The position numbers and the translations under genes are program-made. The notes beneath the pieces were generated by a model, which searched no databases, was not told the origin of the DNA, and saw only the letters and a list, made by a program, of their open reading frames with translations. Shown piece after piece: positions 1 through 10,785 of a DNA stretch of 64,000 nt; position 1 is the first letter of the stretch, and each line of letters starts with the position of its first letter. The stretch is from IMG/VR virus record IMGVR_UViG_3300037067_013225, positions 1-64,000 of that record; one strand, written 5' to 3'. Source of the DNA: a virus (lineage: Duplodnaviria; Caudoviricetes).

Positions 1-15
1 ATACGGAGAAATTAA

Positions 16-342
16 ATGATCTACTTACATTATGTGGGGAAATTGGAAAATGATATTTTTGTAGAGCCGCCGGTTCTGGTAAGTGCGGAGACGATTTTCC
101 CAGACGGTAGGGTATTAGATCCGAATGATCGATATACATATTCAGATTTGTGTAGAGAGTTAGAATTAGAAGTTAGTTGCCTAAGTTATCGTTTTATCAA
201 GATATGTAAAAATTGTATTATCCCAGAATATAAAAAACCCAGCTATCCTCTAGCTACCTATCTGGAGGATGAAGATCTATTTATCCTGATAGGTCATAAA
301 AACGAACAGCCAATAATGTTCTTTTCGATAAGCGAGGAATAA
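16..342 (+). CDS. hypothetical protein
   Basis: 108-aa ORF with GGAG SD; first of a tightly packed operon. Confidence 0.7.
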   Translation: MIYLHYVGKLENDIFVEPPVLVSAETIFPDGRVLDPNDRYTYSDLCRELELEVSCLSYRFIKICKNCIIPEYKKPSYPLATYLEDEDLFILIGHKNEQPIMFFSISEE

Positions 343-762
343 ATGCTTACAGATATTGAATTTCATGTCATGAATGAACGTGGGCAGAACACAGAGCATA
401 AGGATTTTCGCAAATCGCCCTCAGATACATGTCAATTAGATTTCGGACTTTCCTATGCCCGTAAATCAATTCCGATGATTAATATTTATCTGCCACCAAC
501 TCTCGCTGGCGGGGAAATATTTTTAACGGAAGGGGACGCCATTGAAATGATGAAACAACTGGCATCGGTAATTGATGCCTGTAAAAATCAATATCCATCG
601 GGGCGTGATGCTGAATATATGATGCATGGTGAATGTCCGCCACCGAGAAAATCTCTAATTGATTGTTTTACGGCGATTGATAGTCTTGGGCAATGGGCCG
701 ACGGTGAAAATGCAGAGAAATATGTTGAATATGCTGAAAATCAAGACTCAAGAGGTTGTTAA
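343..762 (+). CDS. hypothetical protein
   Basis: GAGGA SD; abuts neighbours. Confidence 0.7.
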   Translation: MLTDIEFHVMNERGQNTEHKDFRKSPSDTCQLDFGLSYARKSIPMINIYLPPTLAGGEIFLTEGDAIEMMKQLASVIDACKNQYPSGRDAEYMMHGECPPPRKSLIDCFTAIDSLGQWADGENAEKYVEYAENQDSRGC

Positions 763-1119
763 ATGCAATACGCATATTATCTGCATGTAAATGGAGATCT
801 AATTTGCAAAAATGCGATATCTTATAATGATATCTGTGGCGATCTGGTACGTAAGAAATGGCTTCTCGATACCGATAAGCGTATAGATGCATGGCGGGTG
901 GTATTGGAAGCGCTTGGTTTGGGTTGCAATATAAATCGGGCAAAAGAATTAATCTCAAGATGGGAATTAACGAAAGAGGATTCCGGATATGCTATTGTTC
1001 ATCTATACGGAGAGCTTAATGAACCGTTGCGTGTTGGATTGCGCATATATATAGAGGGATGTCTGGGCGAAAATTATGATGAATTTTTCGATTGGTTGCA
1101 AGATAATCCTCTGCCATGA
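763..1119 (+). CDS. hypothetical phage protein
   Basis: GAGG SD; ATGA overlap with next gene. Confidence 0.7.
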   Translation: MQYAYYLHVNGDLICKNAISYNDICGDLVRKKWLLDTDKRIDAWRVVLEALGLGCNINRAKELISRWELTKEDSGYAIVHLYGELNEPLRVGLRIYIEGCLGENYDEFFDWLQDNPLP

Positions 1120-1409
1120 TAAATATCAGCTTTCAAGAGATACAAGATTTTGTTAATAGGTTGTGTTCCGTAACAACAACCGAAATAACCACATATACCT
1201 ATTCTCGATCAACACCTCCTGTATATTTTGTTATTCGTATTGATCAATTGACTTGGAGTGTCAAAATTAAACGAAATTATATATTTCCGACGGATGGAAA
1301 CGATTTATGTTGTCAGATATCTGAAGACAATGTGAGACGTTTTTGGAGCGATATATATGGGGCTATTGCGGAACTGATCAACATAGATTATGTGGAGATT
1401 GATTTTTGA
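1116..1409 (+). CDS. small protein with C-terminal EIDF tag
   Basis: ends DYVEIDF*; coupled to both neighbours. Confidence 0.8.
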   Translation: MINISFQEIQDFVNRLCSVTTTEITTYTYSRSTPPVYFVIRIDQLTWSVKIKRNYIFPTDGNDLCCQISEDNVRRFWSDIYGAIAELINIDYVEIDF

Positions 1410-1717
1410 TGAAGATAAACATACCTAATAATGCACGTATCGTTAATTTCAATATTGATCGCCAAGACGCATACCAAAGCGAATATGGTAGGGTAGTCTT
1501 TGAAGAGCTTGATCCGATACTAAGGGATTTCTGCGTATATATGAGTAACGATGAGAATGCATTGTTAGTTTTGTGTGTGAGAGATAAATCCGGTGTAATG
1601 TGGGAATGGGATACCAACCTACCGCCCGTTGCTAGAAGCACTAAAAAGAATATTGCCGAGGGAGTCAAATACATAAAGAGTATTTTTGAGGAAGAATTTG
1701 TAGAAATCGATTTCTAA
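1406..1717 (+). CDS. EIDF-tagged protein, paralog of 11082..11378
   Basis: ends EEEFVEIDF*; shares KINIPN, LDP.LR.FCV, EWDT, AEGVKYI with 11082..11378. Confidence 0.85.
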   Translation: MMKINIPNNARIVNFNIDRQDAYQSEYGRVVFEELDPILRDFCVYMSNDENALLVLCVRDKSGVMWEWDTNLPPVARSTKKNIAEGVKYIKSIFEEEFVEIDF

Positions 1718-1732
1718 AATTGGATTTATGAA

Positions 1733-2170
1733 ATGCCAAACCCTATAAAGAGAGTTTTTCATCACATTGTAAACTTATGGAACACACATCGTAGCAATTC
1801 AATGTGGCGACGTATAATGAGGGATCAATATGCCGTTAATACTTTCTTAATAATAGCGAATTCTAGATTGCTTGACGAAGCTCCCCTAAAACATGTGTGC
1901 TGTTATTTTGAAAATAAGAGATTGATGGTAACTGGGAATATTGCTATTGAGAATGTAGGTTATCTGGCGGGAACCCGTGACGTTCTCCTGCGTTATTTTG
2001 ATTTTTCTTATACAGATACCGTACAATTATATGACGCATTAATACGTAGACCTTCCGTAAAGATGAAGCATGCCATAATGGATAATTTTGTCTTGAAAGT
2101 GAATTGTGTAATTATGGATGCATGGACACTGCCTGTACCAGATATAAATCTGACAATGATTGATTTTTAA
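1733..2170 (+). CDS. IDF-tagged hypothetical protein
   Basis: ends NLTMIDF*. Confidence 0.75.
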   Translation: MPNPIKRVFHHIVNLWNTHRSNSMWRRIMRDQYAVNTFLIIANSRLLDEAPLKHVCCYFENKRLMVTGNIAIENVGYLAGTRDVLLRYFDFSYTDTVQLYDALIRRPSVKMKHAIMDNFVLKVNCVIMDAWTLPVPDINLTMIDF

Positions 2171-2361
2171 GACTCCAATAGAGGAGATATTCTAACAATA
2201 TATGGTAGTTTTATTTTAATGTCTAAAAATGACATAATAGAGCCTTGCGGTGGCTAAAAAAGGGCCATCCACAGTATAACACAAAACCGCGCCACATGCA
2301 ACCAAATCCCGCTTTAATTTTCGTTATATTCCGCTCACAGGTGGGTTAAACGGATTTAACC

Positions 2362-2390
2362 TTGCAAATCGCGAGTATTCATGGTATACT
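2362..2390 (+). promoter_or_regulatory. sigma70-type promoter, leaderless argS mRNA
   Basis: TTGCAA-17-TATACT; in-frame ATG at 2396, 5 nt after the -10, no SD. Confidence 0.7.
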
Positions 2391-2395
2391 GGGCT

Positions 2396-3811
2396 ATGCT
2401 TAACTCATTTCGTGCTTGGCTGGCTGGCGAAGGTCTTTCGGGTATCGCACGTCCATATATGCTGAACGATAATAATATCGGTTATTGCGTTAATGCATAC
2501 GGAATAGATCATCCATCGGTTACGAATGGCTATATTAATTATTTCATAGAGCCAAAAGCAGTTATAGATCATTTATCCGATTTTACCTACACGAAGCACA
2601 AAACGCAATCAAATATCGCAATCGAATATGGGCAATTAAATACGCATAAAAATCCCCATCTGGGGCATTTGCGCAATATTTGTATCGGAAAAGCATTATC
2701 GGCTTTATCTAATGACGTTTGCACCAATGTTACATATCTGGGCGATCATGGAATGCATGTGGCTAAATGTATGGTTGGGCTGCGTGCCGGAATAAAGGAT
2801 ATTCAGGAAGCATACGAATATGGAAATAATCAGTCCGAAGATATCGTATGTGATGAAATGGCTCATTGGAATGCGGAAGATATATTATATAAGGATAGTA
2901 GAGCCGAAAGCATCTCTAACATTCGCCATTTATTCGATTATTTTGGCGTGAAATTTTCCGACTATGCATACGAGAGCGATTTTTTGCAAAAAGATATCTT
3001 GATTGAATTATTATCTGATATCGGATATTGGGGAAACGATAAATATAGTGACTGTTTTGTTGTGGATACTGATTGTGGAACAATTGTTTTAATCAAGGCA
3101 GATGGTACACTGCTTTATGCCGGGAAAGATATTTTGTTGGCGCAAAACTATTCCAAGCGATATGATGAAGTTCTGTATGTCGTGGGACAAGAGCAAATTC
3201 AATATTTCAAACAATTGTCATTCATACTTAATAAACTTTTCCCGCAAACGAAAATAAAGCATATAGATTATGGGTTGGTTACTACCCAAGGCTCTAAAAT
3301 ATCTTCTCGTGCCGGTGCATCATCCGCATGGGAATTAATTGATCATCTAGAAAGTATCATATCCAAAACATATCATTGCGATATCGAAACCACTCAGATC
3401 ATTGTATCAAATATCATATATTATGAGATGCTTAAATCGGATTATAAAGCACCTGTTAAATTCATAGACGATGATCAATATATCAAAAATCAAGGGATTT
3501 CTTACATTATGTATCAGTATTGTAGAGCGAAAACCATTACAATGACGGATACTGATTTCGATACATTTATACCGGATACATCGTCGATTAAATTGCTAAG
3601 ATCTCTCCTATATAGTACGGATAATTTAGATTGTACAAATCCGCAAAAGCTATTTTCTACTTGGAGCGATATTGCGGCATCTTTTTCAAACTTCTATACA
3701 AATAATAGAATAAATGGGAATCCACAAGCCCTGGCTCTAACAAAAATATTTATAAATGTTAACAATATCCTAGCATACCTTCTAGATATACGTTTACCAG
3801 AGCGTATGTAA
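2396..3811 (+). CDS. argS: arginyl-tRNA synthetase (compact)
   Basis: IEYGQLNTHKNPHLGHLRN (HIGH region), YLGDHG, LIKADGTLLYAGKD, YVVGQEQ, KISSRAG, YIMYQYCR, FSNFY; start moved from 2381, which overlaps the -10 box. Confidence 0.9.
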   Translation: MLNSFRAWLAGEGLSGIARPYMLNDNNIGYCVNAYGIDHPSVTNGYINYFIEPKAVIDHLSDFTYTKHKTQSNIAIEYGQLNTHKNPHLGHLRNICIGKALSALSNDVCTNVTYLGDHGMHVAKCMVGLRAGIKDIQEAYEYGNNQSEDIVCDEMAHWNAEDILYKDSRAESISNIRHLFDYFGVKFSDYAYESDFLQKDILIELLSDIGYWGNDKYSDCFVVDTDCGTIVLIKADGTLLYAGKDILLAQNYSKRYDEVLYVVGQEQIQYFKQLSFILNKLFPQTKIKHIDYGLVTTQGSKISSRAGASSAWELIDHLESIISKTYHCDIETTQIIVSNIIYYEMLKSDYKAPVKFIDDDQYIKNQGISYIMYQYCRAKTITMTDTDFDTFIPDTSSIKLLRSLLYSTDNLDCTNPQKLFSTWSDIAASFSNFYTNNRINGNPQALALTKIFINVNNILAYLLDIRLPERM

Positions 3812-3827
3812 AATCCAGGTTAAATGC

Positions 3828-3856
3828 TTGACTTGCGAGAGATTTGGTATTATACT
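3828..3856 (+). promoter_or_regulatory. sigma70-type early promoter
   Basis: TTGACT-17-TATACT, then GAGGAG SD. Confidence 0.8.
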
Positions 3857-3878
3857 AACGATAGTTTAATCGAGGAGA

Positions 3879-4115
3879 TTGATCATGATGACAAAAGCCT
3901 ACATTCAACAGGTAACACGATATATGAACGCTTTTCCGCATATTCAGATGGATGTAGAGTATTCGGATGAAGATAACTTGTGTCGCGCAGTGTTATTCAC
4001 ATATAATTCTTATTGTTATCGTTTTTGGTGCTCCGCAGATATCGATCATTTTTTATTCGGTTTGGCATGCGGTGCGCGAGTGCCGAAATTTAACCTAGAT
4101 TTAACGGACATTTAA
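3879..4115 (+). CDS. small early protein, paralog of 5497..5739
   Basis: both contain PHI, YNS, ID.FL and end VPKFN.DLT.I*. Confidence 0.75.
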   Translation: MIMMTKAYIQQVTRYMNAFPHIQMDVEYSDEDNLCRAVLFTYNSYCYRFWCSADIDHFLFGLACGARVPKFNLDLTDI

Positions 4116-4154
4116 CCGTTTATCATTGCAACATGCGGTAGATTGCGCTATAAT
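4089..4154 (+). promoter_or_regulatory. promoter with three 11-bp-phased TTTAAC boxes
   Basis: TTTAAC at 4089, 4100, 4111; TTGCAA(4126)-17-TATAAT(4149). Confidence 0.8.
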
Positions 4155-4178
4155 TAAGCTATTCTGAAAGGAGACGAT

Positions 4179-4400
4179 ATGTTAAACGAAAATCAAATCG
4201 TTACAATCACGCAATCCGATACGTTTCGGGATGCGCTGCGAAACAATTCGGACGTGGCTTATTGTTTGAATTGCGGGAAACAACACACACGCTCTATCAA
4301 TACCGTTTATGGGCATTGCGGCGCATGCAATCAGGATTATGTTTTCGGTATCGCGGAAATAGAGGCAATGTGCCAAGATACGCTTATTCTGGAGAAATAA
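4179..4400 (+). CDS. small zinc-ribbon protein
   Basis: CLNC...CGAC; AAGGAG SD. Confidence 0.75.
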   Translation: MLNENQIVTITQSDTFRDALRNNSDVAYCLNCGKQHTRSINTVYGHCGACNQDYVFGIAEIEAMCQDTLILEK

Positions 4401-4670
4401 ATTGGATACACAATTGTTTCGAGGATATGAAATACGGGCCAATCATCTTCCTTTAGCGTATGTGCATAACGTATCCGATATGGAAAGCGCACTTAGCCTT
4501 TGGGCGAAAGAAGCGTGTTATATTCTGGGAGATATACAATACGATAAAATAGGAGAATATGCGGTCGCGCCAGTATATGAATTAGATGGTGAACGTGCCG
4601 GAAATGTATCTGTAGCATCTATCGGGACGATTTGGCCCACGGATGCGCTTGTAATTGATGGGAGTGAGAA

Positions 4671-5204
4671 ATGTCTCAATGGACACATGTTGCGGGAATA
4701 ATTCGATTGGATCACTTAAATATTTATCCTAGTTATCCATATAAATTCGTCGATTCCGATCATACAATCAGTTTAAAATCGGTTAAAAAACAAATATTGT
4801 ATGATCAAAAAAAGGCTACGTGGGAAAGCCGTCATACGCCGGATTATTCTCACGAAATCTATGAGTGTTTCGGTACAACACTAACTTATGAAGATTTGGC
4901 ATGCATGGATATCGATGATGAGGCTAAAACCATCGTCCCCATGGGAACCGAAGGTAGTCTCCAATATGAAGTTTGCCATGATGGAAACTATAATGATTTG
5001 TATTGGGGACATATTTCTATTTATGGTGATTTACGAGAATATTGTGATTCTGACGCAATCAAGCTTTGGATTACAGAATCACTAAATCGCCTAATGTCTA
5101 TGAGCAGTTGGATGGTGCGTCAGGGTGTTATGATGATTCATGTAGAGGGATATGATGCGGAAATTTTTCAGATAGGAGATCGCAATGAAGATATGGCTGG
5201 ATGA
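4671..5204 (+). CDS. hypothetical phage protein
   Basis: 177 aa, GGGAG SD. Confidence 0.75.
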   Translation: MSQWTHVAGIIRLDHLNIYPSYPYKFVDSDHTISLKSVKKQILYDQKKATWESRHTPDYSHEIYECFGTTLTYEDLACMDIDDEAKTIVPMGTEGSLQYEVCHDGNYNDLYWGHISIYGDLREYCDSDAIKLWITESLNRLMSMSSWMVRQGVMMIHVEGYDAEIFQIGDRNEDMAG

Positions 5205-5493
5205 TTTAAGACCAGCACCGGATGGTTTTATCTGGATTAAAAGCTATGTTGAAGCAATGTTTTTTCTTTCCATCCGAATAACTCAACATTTTTTGCTTGG
5301 CGATCCGATAGATATTGATGAAATATCCCTGGATCATGATCTGGGTGGTGAACATGATGGTGCGGATGTTTTACAATACTTAATCGATAACGATTGCGTT
5401 CCTGAAATAACGGTATTTCATACACAAAATCCCGTAGGTAGAGCGGAAATGGAACGAATGTTGCAACGATATTATGAGAGAAAATCGGAGTAA
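5185..5493 (+). CDS. cyclic-phosphate-processing receiver-domain protein
   Basis: KIWLDDLR.P, ISLDHDLG, HTQNPVG signature motifs. Confidence 0.8.
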   Translation: MKIWLDDLRPAPDGFIWIKSYVEAMFFLSIRITQHFLLGDPIDIDEISLDHDLGGEHDGADVLQYLIDNDCVPEITVFHTQNPVGRAEMERMLQRYYERKSE

Positions 5494-5496
5494 ACA

Positions 5497-5739
5497 ATGA
5501 AAATCGAATATGTTAATCGCGTTAAAAGGTATGTGGAAGATTATATGCCGCATATCGATGTGCAGATTGTGCTGAATACACGCAATGGTATCGATTTCTA
5601 TGCGGAATATGTAGTTTTTGAGTGTTACAATTCTCGCCGGTCTTATGTAAGCAGAATTGGAATCGATAGATTTTTGGAGGAAATGTCGAAGGCACTTCCT
5701 GGTGTGCCGAAATTTAACCCGGATTTAACGTATATTTAA
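5497..5739 (+). CDS. small early protein, paralog of 3879..4115
   Basis: shared motifs; 3' end overlaps TTTAAC boxes. Confidence 0.75.
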   Translation: MKIEYVNRVKRYVEDYMPHIDVQIVLNTRNGIDFYAEYVVFECYNSRRSYVSRIGIDRFLEEMSKALPGVPKFNPDLTYI

Positions 5740-5778
5740 TCCGCCGCTCTATGAATCCGCCTCAAAAAGCGCTATAAT
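5713..5778 (+). promoter_or_regulatory. promoter with weak -35 and phased TTTAAY boxes
   Basis: TTTAAC 5713, 5724, TTTAAT 5735; TATGAA(5750)-17-TATAAT. Confidence 0.75.
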
Positions 5779-5801
5779 TAGACCATCTTAAGGAGCATTA
5801 A

Positions 5802-7919
5802 ATGTTGAAATACGAAAAAACGACCGCAAGGGTTATTGGTAAAATCAGGGATTTACATGGTGGCAAACCGATTGTTATCGATTCTATTGATGTTTATAAC
5901 ATTCGCACCCAATATGCGGACGCACCAGAAAAATTGGAGCAGGTAATCGAGAAGCTTCAATTAGCAATTTATATATTGTGCGGTGGCGGAATGCTGGCAT
6001 CATTCGCGCAATGCCAACCCGGACAGTTTTATATCGATGGGCGCGTAGGGAAGTTGCCCGGTACCCGTGCGCAGATATATAATGCGGTAGCTTTGCTGTG
6101 TTTGAACGCTACTGCGGCGGGATATGACATTAACGGATTTGATCATACCAAAAAATGCTTGCATGAGGTTTCATTACCTTATGCTGGTTGGATTTTGGAG
6201 GGATGATTTATGAAGGAATATCCGAATGTTCAAGCCGCCATTCCACTAGATGAGAATGGCGAAGTAGATTGGAGCAAATTCCCACCCATCTTGGGATATA
6301 CCTCATATTTATCATGCGGATTCCCGGTATTCACACATGATCATCCCTGTTATAGTACCGCATCGGAATATTTTGATGATTGGCCTTTGCAAGATTTGCG
6401 CGATGCTCTACAATTATTGCACGAAAGTGCCTTAAACTCGATAGAGATCGAACGCAAAAAGGCTGGCAAAACGTGGCACGGATATAAATATGTTGAATAT
6501 CCCGAACAAGATGCAATCGCGATGATACAGGATCTTATATTTCGGAATCGCAATCGCTTTAATAGGGAGACTAAGTGTGAGCAATAAATTGAGAGTTATT
6601 GTTTTAACAGAATATAATAGTCAAGAAGAAGGACAGGCTATTAAGAGGATTCTTCTGCATTCTCCAATGGCAGAGTCGGTTCTTAAATCTGCCGATGTTG
6701 CCTTTAAAATATATGAGGTAGAAATGCCAGGAACGGAGCCAATTGGGAGCTATGAGATAGAGCCAAGCCCAGGCTCTACTAAAATATAGGAGCGAATATG
6801 AGATATTATTATGCATTATTTAATCGATTTACAATCAGTATGCGCAAAGATGCTGTATTGGATTGTGCTCATCCTGGTGCTTGCGATAAAGGGGTGGCGT
6901 ATTGGGTAGGACGCATGAAACGCCAGTTATCCAAAATAGATCCGCAAGATATCGCAAAAGAATTAGCCGAATATGGGGCTTGGGATGAAAATGAATTACA
7001 AGATCATGATGCGAATTTGCAACGCATCGTATGGACAGCCGCAAACGATATCAGGGAGGATAAAAAGTGGTGATGAGAATAAAACGTGATTATTTTCAGT
7101 TGTTGGCGTCTTTACTCCTTTTGGTTGTCGTTATACTGACGTTTATGTTATTTTCGCCAATGCGGTTTGAAAATGCCACACAAGCGCATTTAGCGAGGGA
7201 TGCCGCTAGGCTAGCTTTATTGCATGAATTAGATAATAACGGTTGTATTAACGTTATCGAAAGGGACGAAATGTGGAATTTGGAACGCGAGATAATTATT
7301 CGTAAACATATGAATGAGGGAAAGTAAATGTTGGTACCGATTGTTGTCAGACATCATGTTATTTTGGATATTCCAGAGGCAGTTACCGAAGATCAGGCTC
7401 GGACTATTTTAAAAAATGCATCCGCAGAAAAGTTAATGCATAAGTATCCCGTGGTAAGAGAATATATGCTCCAATATGATTTTGAGATTGATGATCATGG
7501 CTTTGCGATTTATAATGATCCAGAATGGCAATATGATAATTTGTCTTCGGAGCATTGTAAGGAAATACGGGATGAGAAATTGTATTATACGGTAGAGGAA
7601 ATGCCCGCATTGGTCGAAGAAGCCATGCAGGAGTTTAGGGATACACTAATAAGTGTTTGCGGCGAAGTCTGGGCTGCTTCCCAGCTACACAAAAATGAGG
7701 AGAAATAAAATGGAATTGGTTACGCAAGGTTGCGAATTGGAATATGATGATTTGGGTTTGCGTGCGGTATGGCAATATCGGGATGCCAATGGGGAGATTG
7801 CAGCAGCCGCGATGGATGTATTGGGTTTGATTGATTATTTTACGCGGGTAGAATTGCTACATTTACATCCTTACGAGGATAAGTCGCTAAACATCCACGC
7901 AATCGAAAATTTAACGTAA
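5802..7919 (+). other. operon of small hypothetical early genes (5802..6206, 6210..6587, 6577..6789, 6798..7073, 7067..7327, 7328..7708, ~7709..7919)
   Basis: contiguous + strand ORFs with SD-like motifs; 7067..7327 has one hydrophobic helix; no recognised domains. Confidence 0.65.
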
Positions 7920-7965
7920 ATTTAACTGCAAGGCTCTATGAATCTGCCCTCAAACGTGCTATAAT
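7910..7965 (+). promoter_or_regulatory. promoter with weak -35 and phased TTTAAC boxes
   Basis: TTTAAC 7910, 7921; GGCTCTA overlapping TATGAA(7937)-17-TATAAT. Confidence 0.75.
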
Positions 7966-7990
7966 CATATTAGTTGTAAAGGAGAAGTCA

Positions 7991-8575
7991 ATGCCAATTT
8001 CAACACCTTGGGGACAGGCGGATTCAGTACACAATGTATGTCGCGGAGTAAGGCAGGTATCTACGCCGGGACATGGCGGATTTATGATCTCTAAGGGTTA
8101 TGCCGAAAAGCACATGCGTAGTGCTGCATTGGAATATGGTATTAAATATGGCGGATATTATTGTTATGAGGAAGATTGCGATTGGGCTGTGTGTGCGAAT
8201 GAATTGCCAGTATTGAGGCAATATTTTGCCGATCATGGCGAAGATATAAAAGATATAGATCGGATCATTTTAAAAACATTATCTGCATGGCGTGCCGATT
8301 ATCTTATCGCATGCGGTATAACTCCGTTACCGGAAGAATACGCGGGATATTTACGGGATAAGAAAGATGATGAAATGCGAATGGCAAAAGATCCGAATTT
8401 AATTATATCTGCGTTATCTACCAAAGACAAGCAGGTAGTGCGAGTATGGACGGCGGACGATAAAGTACACTATATCACGCATGCATCATATCAGAGACAT
8501 TATGAGCAAAAATCGCTAAATTTACTTTCATTGTGTGATATTGTAGAATATTTTGAAGGAGAAACCAATGGATGA
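7991..8575 (+). CDS. DUF7007-like protein
   Basis: TPWG, STPGHGG, YEEDCDW motifs; AAGGAG SD. Confidence 0.65.
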   Translation: MPISTPWGQADSVHNVCRGVRQVSTPGHGGFMISKGYAEKHMRSAALEYGIKYGGYYCYEEDCDWAVCANELPVLRQYFADHGEDIKDIDRIILKTLSAWRADYLIACGITPLPEEYAGYLRDKKDDEMRMAKDPNLIISALSTKDKQVVRVWTADDKVHYITHASYQRHYEQKSLNLLSLCDIVEYFEGETNG

Positions 8576-8814
8576 GAAGTTTGAATATGCGCGTGAGGCA
8601 TTTGAAAAGCTGAGCAAGATTTATCTTGATCCAAACATTACCATGATTGTGGAAAATTCCAATACTGGGGATGTTTACAATATCGATGATGTGGAATTCT
8701 TTCAACACAAAGAATGCGGGGGTGTTTTGAAAATCGTCATTTACGAACGTCTTGATGATGACGAAGAAGAAATGGATTTCTTATTCGGAGAATGTCGTAC
8801 CGAATAGCGAGAGC

Positions 8815-8843
8815 TTGACATTCGTACCGCCCTATGGTATACT
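8815..8843 (+). promoter_or_regulatory. sigma70-type promoter
   Basis: TTGACA-17-TATACT. Confidence 0.85.
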
Positions 8844-8877
8844 GGTATTATGCTGAAGGTTACACAAGGAGAGCAAA

Positions 8878-9228
8878 ATGGCCGAACATCCCTCGCCTTC
8901 CACAACGCCTAGGCCGAAACCAAAAAACAGTTGTACAACAGTCCTGCCCACGGCTAGTAGCGAAGTCGGAAAGTGGTTAGCGGAATTGCGGCAAACGCCG
9001 GAATATTCCGTCGAATACCTGGTGCTGGATTTTGTTAGCGTTTGTGAGGTGCGTCGCGCGGAGCTTGGGCTTAGTTATGGGGATTTGGCGCGGCGCATGG
9101 ATGTAAAACGGTCGCGTGTTATTAAGCTAATGCGGGGCGATCAAAAAAGCTCAATTGAATTGTTGGTGAAACTTGTTTTGGCGTTATGGAACGTAAGCGA
9201 TCAAAAAGTAAGTATTAGAAAAGGATAA
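8878..9228 (+). CDS. XRE-family HTH DNA-binding protein
   Basis: RRAELGLSYGDLARRMDVKRSRVIKLMRG...SIELLVKL. Confidence 0.8.
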   Translation: MAEHPSPSTTPRPKPKNSCTTVLPTASSEVGKWLAELRQTPEYSVEYLVLDFVSVCEVRRAELGLSYGDLARRMDVKRSRVIKLMRGDQKSSIELLVKLVLALWNVSDQKVSIRKG

Positions 9229-9232
9229 AAAC

Positions 9233-9646
9233 ATGAACGATTTGATGCAGACCGCATTTATGTACAAACCGGGATTTCTTCAGCCATTTATTCATTGGTT
9301 TAATCATTCGAGATTGCAAGGATTTATGAGCACTCTAAAATGTTCTCAGGGATCGGTACCATCGGAAGATTTTGACAGATTGTTTGACGATATGGACTAC
9401 AATCTAACGCCCATACAGCTTAAATCGGATGATTTGGATAATCTGGAGCAAGCTATTGAAAACTTTACCATGCCGATGACTTTAGATATGGATGGCACAA
9501 GTGATTATTTGCTGGATTCCTACAATGGCAATACCTGCCTATATTATCACCAAGATTTGATGTTCGTAGCGATGGCACGAGAAAAAATCGCCCAAGGCTA
9601 CGAAGTATGGTATTGTGCTAATTACATCTGGAATGAAAATTCTTAG
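9233..9646 (+). CDS. hypothetical acidic protein
   Basis: 137 aa, AAGGA SD. Confidence 0.65.
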   Translation: MNDLMQTAFMYKPGFLQPFIHWFNHSRLQGFMSTLKCSQGSVPSEDFDRLFDDMDYNLTPIQLKSDDLDNLEQAIENFTMPMTLDMDGTSDYLLDSYNGNTCLYYHQDLMFVAMAREKIAQGYEVWYCANYIWNENS

Positions 9647-10097
9647 AGCCTTAGTGTTGGATTGCGCTCATTGGTGTTCATATGAAGATATGTAAAGATT
9701 GCGCTACGAAAGAAGGAACGGAGTCGTGGTTTGAAACACACGATTCTTTTGACGCAGAATGTGAAAATTGCGGCAAATATCTCAAAGTATCCACGATACC
9801 ATTGTGGTTCTTTATTAAAATGAAAGATATTAAATCGGAGAATAAAAATGAGTCATAAATGGCTTAGTCCTTTCGATACATTGGGTACTATTCGTGAATA
9901 TCGTTCAGACAAGGCTGAATATTTGCACGATATCGAAACATACCACGCAGATAATCGAGAATATATTCTGGATTTGGATCGCAAGATTTTATATCATGGT
10001 ATGAATATGATTATAAATTCGGTATTACTTTGGGCATCCATTGTGTGGTGTGTATATTTTATCGTTAGGGCAATTGTGATATTTCACAAGTAGGTGA

Positions 10098-10685
10098 ATG
10101 ATGATTTACAAGCTTACAGATGAAAATAAGTGCGCTAGGGATGGTTATCACGCTTATGCTAGCCCGGAAATAGCAGTGTTGATGAATCCCGATCATGCTG
10201 ATTTTGATTCTTCTCGCTTGTTCGAAGCGGAAGGTTCTGGAGAATGCATGTCGGGGCCGTTAGAGCTAAGGTATCAAAACCTGACGTTACTTAAAGAGAT
10301 TCCGTTACCGGCATTCACTTTCAATCAGCGCATTTGGTTTGGCATTCAATGCGCGCTGAAAGTCTGTGACGATCCTGTGTTCATCTCGTGGGCTAAAAAC
10401 TGGATCAATGGAACGGATCGGAGCAAAGAGAGCGCCAAAGCTATTAGTGAGAAGTTTCTGTCTGCCGCTCGTGCCAATGCCGCCTATGTTAATAATGTTG
10501 CCTATAACGCTACTGCTGCTTGTGTTGCCGCTGCTTGTGCTATTAATACCGCCGCTTATTATGCTGCTTATGCTACTAATACCCACGCTTGTTATGCTGT
10601 TTGTGCCGTTCATTTTGCCGCGTGCGCTGATCCAAACATTGATTTTATAGATTTAGCCAAGCAAGCGTTAGCTTGGCAGGAATGA
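10098..10685 (+). CDS. Ala-rich paralog family member (untagged copy)
   Basis: YASPEIAVL, RLFEA, WFGIQCAL, WAKNWINGTDRS as in 22426, 26534, 28318; ends ALAWQE*. Confidence 0.85.
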   Translation: MMIYKLTDENKCARDGYHAYASPEIAVLMNPDHADFDSSRLFEAEGSGECMSGPLELRYQNLTLLKEIPLPAFTFNQRIWFGIQCALKVCDDPVFISWAKNWINGTDRSKESAKAISEKFLSAARANAAYVNNVAYNATAACVAAACAINTAAYYAAYATNTHACYAVCAVHFAACADPNIDFIDLAKQALAWQE

Positions 10686-10785
10686 GCGTATTCTAACAGC
10701 AAGGCTCTAAGAAATTCCATAATATCGGGTTGATGAATGATATCTAGACATATTTATTTCAACAGTAGAGTACATTTATAAAACG

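Noticed and set aside
3879-5739. Second C-terminal tag VPKFNxDLTxI
   Set aside because: Only two genes, which are paralogs; the peptide is the translation of the overlapping TTTAAC boxes.
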